From the NCBI GenBank assembly GCA_013359225.1, contig JABWCG010000001.1, positions 276,441-340,440 of the forward strand: 64,000 nucleotides of DNA, read 5' to 3'. The notes under the pieces are model-generated. The model had not been told where the DNA came from. It searched no databases and saw only the letters and a program-made list of their open reading frames with translations. Source of the stretch: Candidatus Buchananbacteria bacterium (GTDB taxonomy: Bacteria > Patescibacteriota > Patescibacteriia > Buchananbacterales > UBA6539). Positions 1-9,677 of this stretch are shown here, in pieces (within the stretch, counting starts at the first letter, position 1; each line of letters opens with the position of its first letter). A program made the translations under genes and the position numbers.

Positions 1-2
1 CC

Positions 3-3000
3 GTGACTCATGAAGAATGCACGCCGGTGTATGGAGATGTCGCACACGATTATCCAGGCAAAAACTGGGGCACTGAAGGTCAGGCAATTTGGAATAACGG
101 TTGCCAAATTCCGGCAGTTTGCGGCAATGATGTTTTAGAATTTGGTGAAGAGTGTGACGATGGCGCAGAAAATGTTGACGACGCTCAGGCTGTTTGGAGC
201 CAGAACCAGGGTGAAGGCGACCGAACCTATTGTTCAGTAAGTTGTGAAAGTTATACTATTCCTGGCTTGTACTGTGGTGACGGCCAAATCAATGGCGAAG
301 AAGACTGCGACGATGGTATCAGTGGTTCGCAAACCTGTAGCACTGCTTGTGAAACTATTGTTCCAGAACCAGACGCTCCGGTGACTATTCTAGCCTGGAA
401 AGTGGTGTGCGATACTGAAGCAGCTCTTCCAGATTGGGGATTAAACGGCGGTGTTGAACCAGACGAACCGGATGTGGTTGGACCAACCACTGCAGCCGAC
501 TATGTTGCATCAAGCGAGGGTCATTGTTGGCTTCAAGAAGGCTGGAATTTCCAGTATGGTCCTTACGGCCAATTAATGAGCGGCGATTACACTGGCTCAG
601 CGCCAACAGAAAACGGCTGGTTTGATTTTGACAGTGTTACCGGCACCTCAACTCCGGCTCAAGTGGAAATTGAAGACTGGGATGACAATAATAATTTAAT
701 TTGGTTTAGAGAAGTTTTACAGCCAGGTTACATTCCGTTTGTGAATCCTCCAGGGGACAATCAAAACCCAATTAGCGCTGAATTTTATTGCGGTAATGAT
801 GTTTTGAATTTTGATAACTGGGAATGGGTTGACGGTTTAGAAAGTGGCGAAACCCACTATTGTGTGGCATTTAACGTCGCGGTTGGCTGCGGCAATGGCA
901 TTGTTGAAGGGCAAGAAGCTTGTGATGACGGTCCGGCCGGTTCAAATGAATGTTCACCGCAGTGTACAACCGCGCCTGAATGTAATCCGGAGATTGAATT
1001 AGTAGTTAATGGTGGCTTTGAAGAGCCGATTGTAACCAACTCAAACAAATGGGATATTTTCCCAAGCACCCTTACTAATTGGTTGACTGACTGGATGTCG
1101 CTAAGTCCAGGCACTTTTGGCGCCCAGACCAGACCGGAAGAGGCCTGGCTTGAATTGCATCGCAAGGTTTCCGGCTGGTTGCCTTCGGAAGGCGAACAAT
1201 ACGCGGAACTTGACGGCGACTGGTATGGACCAAGCAATGCGGGTTCTGGTGAACCGGCCTCAACCAAGATCAAACAAAATTTGATCACCTGGCCGGGGTA
1301 CAATTATGAAGTTAGTTTTGATTTCTCACCAAGACCAAGCACCGGTAGTGGTGATAACATCCTTCAATTTAACTGGGACGGTGGTTTGATTGATACATTA
1401 AATGGTGCTGGTGCTGGCAATACCAACTGGTCAAGTCATACTTATGATTTAACAGCAACTGGATTTAGCACCGAACTGATGTTCGCTGATGCCGGCACTT
1501 CCAATTCACTTGGAACATTCTTGGACAATGTCAGCGTTCGTTGTATTCCGCCGGTAATTCCAGTCTGTGGTGACGGCGAAGTTAATAACGACGGCGAAGT
1601 CTGCGACGACGGTAACACTGAAAATGGTGACGGTTGCGATGCCCAATGTCAGCCCGAAGAAATTTACGCCGATTACTGTGGTGACGGCGAAGTTAATCAA
1701 GAATGGGAACAGTGTGACGGTGATGAGGGTTGTACCCAATACTGTCAGTGGGAAGAACAAAATGAATGCAGCGATTTAGTTTTGGCCCGAGTAAATGTTG
1801 ATGAAGTTAAAAACTGGGGCGCTGGTGATATGAGTTCAGACGTCTATCTTGGTAGCGCCGGCAATAAGATTCCGGCTGGTACGTGGTTTGCCTTATACTA
1901 CAGCGGCGCTGGAATCACTGATGCTGATCTTTCCGGCTATGAAAATGTTGAAGGCTTAGCCGTACAGCGTTTGGCCGGAACAGTTCGCGCCGTAGTACAT
2001 GGTACCGGTACCAATAATGATAAAGAACATATTCACGGTAATATTGAATTCTACAACGCCACAGTAACTGATCAGGATAACGATCCGTCAAACGCTTTGC
2101 CGGGCGCCAACGGACTAGAAGATGGCTTTAACGGCACTGGCACTGGCCAGTATAACGCCAGCAACGATGAGGTTTGGATTTCTGATGCAACTCATTCAAA
2201 CTTCTGGTTAACCACCACCACTGCTGATGATGGTTTCTATTCCGACTGGCAGATTGTTGAGGATTGCGTCGGTCAGATTTGCGGCTATAAATATAACGAC
2301 AAAGACGAAAATGGTTCTTTGAGCGAAGGTGATGAAGGTTTGGAAAACTGGACCATTAAATTGCTGCAATTTACCGCTTGTGAAGAGGGTGATGAATGGG
2401 CAGATTCTGTAGTTGACTATACTCAGGGTACTCGCCGAAATGGCACTCCCATTCTTGCCGAACGAACGGTAACGACGAAAGCATTGGGAGCAGCTCAGAA
2501 TAATGACTCAATCAATTTTGTTTCGCTTGGATTTGGCGGTGAGTTAATCTTAGGCTTCAACAATTTAATTGTGAATGCTGCCGGAAACGACGTTCAGGTT
2601 GTTGAAACCACTTACGGCAATCAAGTGTGTAATACCTATCCAGAGAAAGCCGATGTCTATGCTTCGCAGAACGGACTTGATTGGATCTATTTAGGTAACG
2701 CCTGCCTAGACAGTAGTTTTGATTTAGGAACTTTGTCATGGGCTCAATACATTAAGTTTGTTGATGCGACTAGTTTAGCAGACTTTACCAACGTGCCGGA
2801 AGCTGACGGATATGATGTTGACGGCGTTAAGGCCTTGAATTGTGCTTCTGCAGTAACGGTTGTTGAAACGCAGATGACTGATGAAACTGGTCACTACTGT
2901 TTTGAGACTGCTACACCCGGTGACTACCGAGTTCAGGAAGAGCTCCAGTCAAATTGGCATAATACTTCTGACTGGTTTACAGATGTAGACTTTAACGGCG

Positions 3001-4325
3001 AAAACAGCCTGAATGTTGATTTCTTTAACGCAGTTGAAGAACAAGCGCCTCAGGGCAGCATCTGTGGGTATAAATTCTACGATGCTGATCAAGATGGTGT
3101 CTTTAACAACAACGATTACGGCATTGACGGTTGGAAAATCTTTGGCCTTGGCGGCAGCTTAACCAGTACTTACACTAATGAAAATGGTGAGTATTGTTTG
3201 AATGCGCTTGAGGAAGGAACCTGGAATGTTTTTGAAGAACTCTTCACCCTGCCGGGTAACTGGGCTACCACAACTGTTGCAACCAGAACAATTGAGCTAA
3301 GCAGTGAAGGTGTTATCGGCATTAACTTTGGAAACATTCTTTGTACCGATGCCGATGAAGACGGTTTTGCCGCCAATGGTGGTGCCATCTGTGGCGAACA
3401 GGACTGTGATGACAATGATTCAGAAAAAACTACTGACTGTAGTGAAGAAGAACCAAATGATCCAGGCCCTAACAACCCAGGTGGCGGAGGCGGGGGCGGA
3501 GGCGGAAGCTTCAGCAATCTAGTAATTCATACTGAAAACACTGGCAATGGTCCAGAAAGCTTAACGGTTTTGATCACTTGGTTTACTAATAAACCAGCTA
3601 CGAGCCGCGTGGTTTATGACACTGTTTCCCATCCGGAACCGGGTGAAGCGCCAAACTATGGTTACCAGTGGTCAACCCCGCAGACCGATACTGATCCAAA
3701 AGTCACTTATCACGAAGTTTTGATTAGTGGTTTGGATCCAAACACGATCTATTACTTCCGACCAATTTCTTCGGCTTCCCCGGAAGTTTTGGGAACGGAA
3801 GTTTCCTATCAGATTCTGGAAAACGGGGAAGTTATTGTTGAAGAAACTACACCTCCGGCCAATGAAGAGCCAAATCCAGGGCCCTCGGCCCAAACCCCTC
3901 AGGGTGAGGAAACGTCTGCTGCCGGTGGCGCGGGTAATACCGGTATTGTTGCCGGTGCGGAATTTGAAGAGCCAACCTTGTTAGCTCAGGGTGGTGATGC
4001 TGTACCGACTCAGCAGCCCGACAGAAATCAACCTCAGGAAACTGCCCCTGAACAAACCGCTCAAGTGGGTGCAACTGACTGTGTAATGTATATCTGGTTG
4101 CTATTAGTGATTAATATAATTACGATCGCCGACCTGGCGTACTTTGGTATGAACGCCGCTAATAACTTTGCCAAACAGTTGTGGTGGATGCTGGCAATTT
4201 TGGTGGCTGTACCTGTCATCCTTGGTTATGCTCAATGTTGGCTTGTCGTCTGGTTGCTAATCACTTTAGTAATTGCAATCATTCTGTACTTCTCAGTTAT
4301 TGCTAGAAAACAACAGCATTCATAA
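3..4325 (+). CDS. Giant modular cell-surface protein, probably 5'-truncated by the window: Cys-rich CG(D/N)G..E.CDDG repeats, carbohydrate-binding-like domains, SdrD-B-like domains, FN3-like domain, C-terminal TM anchor
   Basis: Repeated CG(D/N)GxxxxxExCD(D)G motifs; LVVNGGFEEP...FLDNVSV domain; two ICGYK(Y/F)xDxDxxG motifs; poly-Gly linker; ITWFTNKPATSRVVY...HEVLISGL; hydrophobic C-terminal helices. Confidence 0.8.
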   Translation: MTHEECTPVYGDVAHDYPGKNWGTEGQAIWNNGCQIPAVCGNDVLEFGEECDDGAENVDDAQAVWSQNQGEGDRTYCSVSCESYTIPGLYCGDGQINGEEDCDDGISGSQTCSTACETIVPEPDAPVTILAWKVVCDTEAALPDWGLNGGVEPDEPDVVGPTTAADYVASSEGHCWLQEGWNFQYGPYGQLMSGDYTGSAPTENGWFDFDSVTGTSTPAQVEIEDWDDNNNLIWFREVLQPGYIPFVNPPGDNQNPISAEFYCGNDVLNFDNWEWVDGLESGETHYCVAFNVAVGCGNGIVEGQEACDDGPAGSNECSPQCTTAPECNPEIELVVNGGFEEPIVTNSNKWDIFPSTLTNWLTDWMSLSPGTFGAQTRPEEAWLELHRKVSGWLPSEGEQYAELDGDWYGPSNAGSGEPASTKIKQNLITWPGYNYEVSFDFSPRPSTGSGDNILQFNWDGGLIDTLNGAGAGNTNWSSHTYDLTATGFSTELMFADAGTSNSLGTFLDNVSVRCIPPVIPVCGDGEVNNDGEVCDDGNTENGDGCDAQCQPEEIYADYCGDGEVNQEWEQCDGDEGCTQYCQWEEQNECSDLVLARVNVDEVKNWGAGDMSSDVYLGSAGNKIPAGTWFALYYSGAGITDADLSGYENVEGLAVQRLAGTVRAVVHGTGTNNDKEHIHGNIEFYNATVTDQDNDPSNALPGANGLEDGFNGTGTGQYNASNDEVWISDATHSNFWLTTTTADDGFYSDWQIVEDCVGQICGYKYNDKDENGSLSEGDEGLENWTIKLLQFTACEEGDEWADSVVDYTQGTRRNGTPILAERTVTTKALGAAQNNDSINFVSLGFGGELILGFNNLIVNAAGNDVQVVETTYGNQVCNTYPEKADVYASQNGLDWIYLGNACLDSSFDLGTLSWAQYIKFVDATSLADFTNVPEADGYDVDGVKALNCASAVTVVETQMTDETGHYCFETATPGDYRVQEELQSNWHNTSDWFTDVDFNGENSLNVDFFNAVEEQAPQGSICGYKFYDADQDGVFNNNDYGIDGWKIFGLGGSLTSTYTNENGEYCLNALEEGTWNVFEELFTLPGNWATTTVATRTIELSSEGVIGINFGNILCTDADEDGFAANGGAICGEQDCDDNDSEKTTDCSEEEPNDPGPNNPGGGGGGGGGSFSNLVIHTENTGNGPESLTVLITWFTNKPATSRVVYDTVSHPEPGEAPNYGYQWSTPQTDTDPKVTYHEVLISGLDPNTIYYFRPISSASPEVLGTEVSYQILENGEVIVEETTPPANEEPNPGPSAQTPQGEETSAAGGAGNTGIVAGAEFEEPTLLAQGGDAVPTQQPDRNQPQETAPEQTAQVGATDCVMYIWLLLVINIITIADLAYFGMNAANNFAKQLWWMLAILVAVPVILGYAQCWLVVWLLITLVIAIILYFSVIARKQQHS

Positions 4326-4353
4326 TTCTTGAATGAATAAAAGCTAAAAAGCA

Positions 4354-4385
4354 GTCAAACAGCCCCAATCCAGGGGCTGTTTGAC
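4354..4385 (+). terminator. Hairpin, likely terminator of the surface-protein gene
   Basis: gtcaaacagcccc-aatcca-ggggctgtttgac, perfect 13-bp stem. Confidence 0.6.
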
Positions 4386-4409
4386 AAATCGTATTACTTA
4401 TGTCATACT
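4381..4409 (+). promoter_or_regulatory. Sigma70-type promoter for the CAP gene, overlapping the hairpin
   Basis: TTGACA-17 nt-CATACT. Confidence 0.55.
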
Positions 4410-4435
4410 ATATATAGTAGTTAACTGCAAAGAAA

Positions 4436-5587
4436 ATGTTTAAGAAACAAGACGGCGGGAAAACTAAAAAATATCTGACTTTAATTGGCGCTTTAAGTGT
4501 TGTCATTAACGCTTTCGGCGTCTTTTTTGTTTTGTTTCGTCCAAAGCGCTGGCGGCAATTTATTAAAGGCCAAAAAAAAGAATTTTCTGAATTGTCCAGC
4601 GGCAAAGAGGATTTTGTCAGATTTACTAAAGATTCTTCCAGACTGCTGAAGGATTTGTTTATTCCGGATGTTTCTAACGATCACCGGCCGATAGTTTTAC
4701 GTCCCAAAAATTTGTTGAGCTTAGCCGTAACAGCCGTTGCTATTAAACTGATAGTGACAGGATTCTTATTTTTAACCTACCCAAGTCCGGCGCAATTGTC
4801 GGCAATTATCTCCAGCAATATTATTTCGTTGATTAATCAGTCTCGGACTGATGCTGGCGTTGAAGCCTTGGCTGAAAATGAATATCTGACCAAATACGCG
4901 TACGAGAAAGGGCAGGATATGATTACCAATGATTATTTTGCCCACGACACTCCCGACGGCAAGCGGCCATGGCAATGGATCAACCGTGGTGATTATGACT
5001 ACGTCTATGCGGGCGAGAACCTGGCCATGGATTTTACCAATGCCGAAGTTGTTCATGACGCGTTCATGAAAAGCCCAAGCCATCGCCGCAATATTTTAAA
5101 TCCAAAATATAAAGATGTCGGTATTGCCGTTATTAACGGTGAACTGAATGGGCATCAGACCATTCTATTGGTTCAATTTTTTGGCACTAAACGTTCTGAT
5201 GCCGCAACGTCGGTGGCTCAGGCTAATGAAATACCGTCACAACCACCCAATGCGGATCAGGTACCGGTTGCCGAGGTGGTTGAAACCGAAACAAACCCCG
5301 ATGTCCTGGCGGCAGGAACGGCAAATGAAGGCCTGATTGTCGTGACTACTCAACAGCAGGCGACAAAACCGCTAGTGAATATGATTGTTGAATATTCAAA
5401 TATTTTCTTTATCGCTTTCCTGATTTTCATGTTTTTATCTTTAATGCTTAATATTTTTATAAAAATCAGGGTGCAGCATGCTTCAGTTATTTTGCAAAGT
5501 TTGGCAGTAATTGCCCTGCTGGTTTCCCTCATCTTGGTGAAATTCCATTTCATTGAGCAGGTAGCGCCGCAGATTCTTATTCTATAA
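4436..5587 (+). CDS. Membrane-anchored CAP (SCP) domain protein
   Basis: LINQSR...YFAHDTPDG...AGENLA...FMKSPSHRRNIL...VGIAV motif; N- and C-terminal TM segments. Confidence 0.85.
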   Translation: MFKKQDGGKTKKYLTLIGALSVVINAFGVFFVLFRPKRWRQFIKGQKKEFSELSSGKEDFVRFTKDSSRLLKDLFIPDVSNDHRPIVLRPKNLLSLAVTAVAIKLIVTGFLFLTYPSPAQLSAIISSNIISLINQSRTDAGVEALAENEYLTKYAYEKGQDMITNDYFAHDTPDGKRPWQWINRGDYDYVYAGENLAMDFTNAEVVHDAFMKSPSHRRNILNPKYKDVGIAVINGELNGHQTILLVQFFGTKRSDAATSVAQANEIPSQPPNADQVPVAEVVETETNPDVLAAGTANEGLIVVTTQQQATKPLVNMIVEYSNIFFIAFLIFMFLSLMLNIFIKIRVQHASVILQSLAVIALLVSLILVKFHFIEQVAPQILIL

Positions 5588-5603
5588 AGTTAGCCGTTAA
5601 ACT

Positions 5604-5633
5604 AATCCTTCGTAAGCTTTGCGGGGATTTTTT
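5604..5633 (+). terminator. Intrinsic terminator
   Basis: atccttcgtaa/ttgcggggat stem followed by T-run. Confidence 0.55.
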
Positions 5634-5664
5634 ATTTTTGGTTGATTTGTGGTATAATTAGCCC

Positions 5665-7197
5665 ATGCCAACTTTCAAGAAAAGCAACAAAGTGGAGAAT
5701 ATTAAGAGTGATTTTATCACCGTAGCTTCCCATCAGCTGCGTACGCCAATCTCCGGTATCCGCTGGTCGTTAGACACCCTTTTAAGCGGACGTGCCGGGC
5801 TGTTAACAGAAAAGCAAATTGAAATAGTCCAGGAAGCCTACCGCAACAATAAGTTTATGGTAAAGGTGGTAAACGACTTATTACGGGTTTCGCGTTTTGA
5901 GGAGAAAGGACTGAATTTACAACCAAAATTCATTAGTCTTAAAAAAATTATTACCGAGGCTATCGAAGAACTAAGGCCGTTAGCAACTGCTAACAACTGT
6001 GAGATATTTTTTGACGCCGGCAAAAATATCCCTAATGTCTATGTGGACCCGCTCCAGCTTAAACCGGTTGTGTTTTCCTTCATTGATAACTCTATCTTAT
6101 ACAGTAAAGCTAAAGGTAAGGTAAAAATTTCTTTAAAAAAAGTTACTGATTTTGTCTTTTTAAAAATTGAAGATAACGGTATCGGCATTCCGGCCAACGA
6201 ACAGGAATTGGTTTTTTCAAAATTTTTTCGTGGCAGTAACGCCATGAAGGCACAAACCGAAGGCATCGGGCTGGACTTATATTTAGCCAAAGAAATTATT
6301 GAACAGTCCGGCGGTAAAATTAGTTTTCAGAGCCGTGAAGATCGGGGCACGACGTTTAACATTTATTTGCCGTACATTAAGGTTGATGTTGACGGCAAGC
6401 CGACAATGGAAGCCGAAGCAAAAAATATTAATGATGTTTTAAAGAAAGAACGCGAATTCGTTTCCATTACTGTTCATGAGTTAAAGGCACCGCTAGGTAT
6501 CACCAAGTGGAGTTTGGAGATGCTTAAAAATCAAAAGCAGGGCAAACTTAACAAAAATCAATTGGAATTAATTGACCAGGTATATCGGGGCAATGAACGG
6601 CTGTTGGTGCTGGTTCGGGATCTGCTTAATTTGTCCAAACTTCAGGAAGGTAAATTTGAAATTGAACCTAAAGAAATACTTTTTGAGTCAGTCATTGATG
6701 ATGTGGTAAAAGGTTTTAGCATTCAGGCTAATAAAAGCAAGGTAAAATTAATCTGGAAACGCCCGGCCAAACCCTTTGGGACGATTAAGGCCGATCCAAA
6801 CCGAGTCGCACAGGTAGTTACAAATATAGTGTCAAACGCCATTAAGTATACACCGGCGAATGGTAAAGTGATTTTGGCGCTTGAGAAGGTGTCTGGTGCG
6901 GATTTAAAAAAAATTTCCCAAGATTTGCCGACTGCTAATTTGTCATTTACTTCAAACAAGAACGGATATTTAGTGCTGAGCATTAAAGACAGCGGTATTG
7001 GTATTTCTGATGAAGATCAAAACAAGCTTTTTACCAGATTTTTTAGAAGTAAGAAAGTTTTAACCTCCAAAACAGAAGGTACTGGTTTGGGGTTATATAT
7101 CACTAAATCAATTGTTAACCTGCATCGCGGCGACATTTGGTTTACCAGCAAGCTTGGAAGCGGTTCAACGTTTTATATCAGTTTGCCGATTGCATAA
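5665..7197 (+). CDS. Cytoplasmic histidine kinase with two tandem HisKA+HATPase modules
   Basis: H-boxes SHQLRTP and VHELKAP; two DxGIGI, F and G2 box sets; no TM segment. Confidence 0.9.
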   Translation: MPTFKKSNKVENIKSDFITVASHQLRTPISGIRWSLDTLLSGRAGLLTEKQIEIVQEAYRNNKFMVKVVNDLLRVSRFEEKGLNLQPKFISLKKIITEAIEELRPLATANNCEIFFDAGKNIPNVYVDPLQLKPVVFSFIDNSILYSKAKGKVKISLKKVTDFVFLKIEDNGIGIPANEQELVFSKFFRGSNAMKAQTEGIGLDLYLAKEIIEQSGGKISFQSREDRGTTFNIYLPYIKVDVDGKPTMEAEAKNINDVLKKEREFVSITVHELKAPLGITKWSLEMLKNQKQGKLNKNQLELIDQVYRGNERLLVLVRDLLNLSKLQEGKFEIEPKEILFESVIDDVVKGFSIQANKSKVKLIWKRPAKPFGTIKADPNRVAQVVTNIVSNAIKYTPANGKVILALEKVSGADLKKISQDLPTANLSFTSNKNGYLVLSIKDSGIGISDEDQNKLFTRFFRSKKVLTSKTEGTGLGLYITKSIVNLHRGDIWFTSKLGSGSTFYISLPIA

Positions 7198-7204
7198 AAT
7201 TTTT

Positions 7205-7582
7205 ATGGTCCGACCAAAAATTTTAATTGTTGAGGATGATAAATCCTTGGTCAAAATCCTTGAGGAGGCTTTGGATAAAGAAAAATTTGAGGTCATCTTA
7301 ACAATGGACGCCAGTCAGGCGATCAAAAAAGCCCGTTTAGAAAAACCAAACATTATCATTTTGGATGTTATGTTGCCCGGTAAAAGCGGCTTTACCTGTC
7401 TGCAGCAGCTAAAAAACAGTAAAGAAACTAAAAACATTCCGGCGATTATCCTGTCGAATTTAGGCCAGGCCGAAGAGATTAAAAAAGGCCTTGAACTGGG
7501 GGCAGTTGATTATTTGGTGAAAGCCAATTTCTCAATTGATGAAATTATCAAAAAAATATTAAAATATTTAAAGAAAAATTAA
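7205..7582 (+). CDS. Single-domain response regulator (receiver only)
   Basis: KILIVEDD, LDVMLP, ILSN, DYLVK; ATG at 7205 just after the kinase stop. Confidence 0.9.
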   Translation: MVRPKILIVEDDKSLVKILEEALDKEKFEVILTMDASQAIKKARLEKPNIIILDVMLPGKSGFTCLQQLKNSKETKNIPAIILSNLGQAEEIKKGLELGAVDYLVKANFSIDEIIKKILKYLKKN

Positions 7583-7594
7583 GGGATATTTTTT

Positions 7595-8509
7595 ATGGCT
7601 ATCAAAACGGTAAAATCTCAAAATTTTGACTGGTACTACCTAACCGATTTTTCAAACGAGGAGTTAAACTTCTTAAAAACCAATTTCAAGTTTCACCCCT
7701 TAGATCTCAAAGACTGTGCCGGAGAAATTCGGCCCACTAAAATTGACATTTACCGAAACTACATATTTTTAGTTTTTCAAATTCCATATTTGGATAAAGT
7801 TGGAAAAAAAGTTTCTGTTAGCCAGGTTTATTTTTTCTTGGGTAAAGGATTTTTGGTGACGATTACTAAGTCGCGGATGAAAATTTTTAACAATTTTTTC
7901 TACCGGATTGTTAATAATCCAAAAGTCAAAGAAGAGGCTTTTTCCCAGGATGCCGGTTACTTGCTGTATAAAATTCTTGATTTGTTGCTTCGCAGCAGCT
8001 GGCTTTTGCCCAATTATTTGGACCAGGATATCAGACGAGTGGAGGCTGATATTGAAGAGGGCCACACCCGAAAAATTGTTTTTGAAATTGCCACTTTGCG
8101 CCGGCTAATGCTGCAACTTAAAGCGATTATCGACCCGCAAAAAATCGTCACCAACACCTTGAGCCGTTTAGACGCCAAATTTATTGACAGCGAAATGTTG
8201 GTGTATTTTGACGACTTGGACGACTTTATTGAAAAAAATATTTATATTTTAGAAAGTTATCGCGACCGCGTTTTGAGCCTATACGAAATCAACGAAGCGT
8301 TAATGTCCCACCGGACTAACTCGGTAATGAAAATCCTGACCGTTATGTCTGTGGCGTTAATGCCGTTAACCCTACTGTCTGGCATTTACGGAATGAATAT
8401 CGATTTGCCGCTGGGCAATCATCCGTTTTTCATCTGGGGATTATTTATTGGTTTGGCGGCGTTGATTCTCGGCGTTTTGTTTTATTTACGAAAAAAGGAT
8501 TGGATTTAA
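7595..8509 (+). CDS. corA: CorA-family Mg2+/Co2+ transporter
   Basis: FHPLDLKD, YFDDLDD, GIYGMN signature and two C-terminal TM helices. Confidence 0.9.
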   Translation: MAIKTVKSQNFDWYYLTDFSNEELNFLKTNFKFHPLDLKDCAGEIRPTKIDIYRNYIFLVFQIPYLDKVGKKVSVSQVYFFLGKGFLVTITKSRMKIFNNFFYRIVNNPKVKEEAFSQDAGYLLYKILDLLLRSSWLLPNYLDQDIRRVEADIEEGHTRKIVFEIATLRRLMLQLKAIIDPQKIVTNTLSRLDAKFIDSEMLVYFDDLDDFIEKNIYILESYRDRVLSLYEINEALMSHRTNSVMKILTVMSVALMPLTLLSGIYGMNIDLPLGNHPFFIWGLFIGLAALILGVLFYLRKKDWI

Positions 8510-8513
8510 CCAT

Positions 8514-9521
8514 ATGGCTAAATTTGACATTATCACTATCGGCGGGGCAATTAAAGATTTTACGCTGTATACTAATCAGGGAAAAGTTTTTAACACCCCC
8601 CAAAATCTAACTGCGCAAAAAATGCTTGCTTTTGAATATGGCGCAAAGTTTTTAATCAAGGATGTCAGTCTTAATTTTGGGGGCGGCGCTTCCAATGCCG
8701 CAGTGGCATTGGCTAAATTAAATTTAAAAACAGCAATCATTACTCACCTGGGTAACGACGAAATCAGCAGAGAAGTCTCAGCCAACTTAAAACAGCATAA
8801 AGTTTCAACTGATTTGATTACCTTTGACCGGCTTAACCCGACCGGATTTTCTTTTATTATTGCCGTTGATAAAAAAGAGCGCGAACATGTGGCGTTTTCC
8901 TGCCGCAATTCCGACGAATATCTCAAAATCACGCCGGCGAGTTTAGCCAAAGTAAAGACGGATTGGTTTTATATCACGTCATTATACGGTAAAAATTGGC
9001 AGACTAATCTTAAAGCAGTTTTTAAATTCGCCCGGGACAACAATATTAAAGTCGCCTGGAACCCGGGAACGCAACAGCTGCAGGCGGGAAAAAGGATTAT
9101 TGGTGAATTTATCAAACAGACAACAGTTTTGGTTTTGAATAAGGACGAAGCGATTGAGTTAGTGTTATCCGGTATAAAACTTGGCAAGAAAAGTCCAAAC
9201 TATTTAAATCGCCATGTCTATTTGCTTAACATTTTGCAGGAGTGGGGCCCTAAGATTGTGGTGATTACCGATGGCGCTAAGGGTGCCTGGGCGTACGATG
9301 GCAAAAAGATTTATCACCAAAAAGTGGTAAAGGCAAAAATTATTGACACTACCGGCGTTGGTGATGCGTTTGGTTCAAGTTTTGTTTCGGGATTAATTAA
9401 ACACCATTTTAATATCAGTAAAGCGCTGCGGCGAGGGGCCATAAATAGTTCGGCAGTCACTAAAGAAATTGGCGCGCAAAACGGCTTGCTGACTGAAAAA
9501 AAACTTTTAGAAAAATTATAA
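8514..9521 (+). CDS. PfkB/ribokinase-family carbohydrate kinase
   Basis: GGGASNAA, LNKDEA, ITDGAKGA, DTTGVGDAFGS. Confidence 0.9.
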   Translation: MAKFDIITIGGAIKDFTLYTNQGKVFNTPQNLTAQKMLAFEYGAKFLIKDVSLNFGGGASNAAVALAKLNLKTAIITHLGNDEISREVSANLKQHKVSTDLITFDRLNPTGFSFIIAVDKKEREHVAFSCRNSDEYLKITPASLAKVKTDWFYITSLYGKNWQTNLKAVFKFARDNNIKVAWNPGTQQLQAGKRIIGEFIKQTTVLVLNKDEAIELVLSGIKLGKKSPNYLNRHVYLLNILQEWGPKIVVITDGAKGAWAYDGKKIYHQKVVKAKIIDTTGVGDAFGSSFVSGLIKHHFNISKALRRGAINSSAVTKEIGAQNGLLTEKKLLEKL

Positions 9522-9531
9522 TTAAAAAATT

Positions 9532-9618
9532 ATGGATCCATCAATCACTTGGAAGGTGCTTGCTCTCGTCTTTGTCGGAGTAGTAGTCGCCTTAATTGTT
9601 AAATCTAAGCTAAGTTAA
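9532..9618 (+). CDS. Small single-TM protein, 28 aa (MDPSITWKVLALVFVGVVVALIVKSKLS), not in the ORF track
   Basis: ATG 10 nt after the pfkB stop, one hydrophobic helix, basic tail, followed by a terminator. Confidence 0.55.
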   Translation: MDPSITWKVLALVFVGVVVALIVKSKLS

Positions 9619-9640
9619 CCACTTAGCTTAGATTTTTTTC
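9601..9640 (+). terminator. Intrinsic terminator
   Basis: aatctaagctaagt-taacc-acttagcttagatt followed by T-run. Confidence 0.75.
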
Positions 9641-9677
9641 TCATCTATATTTTAAATAGTCATTTTGTCATTTAGTA

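Noticed and set aside
3478-3510. GGC/GGA repeat as a contingency locus
   Set aside because: Mixed codons encoding a poly-Gly linker, not a pure slippage tract
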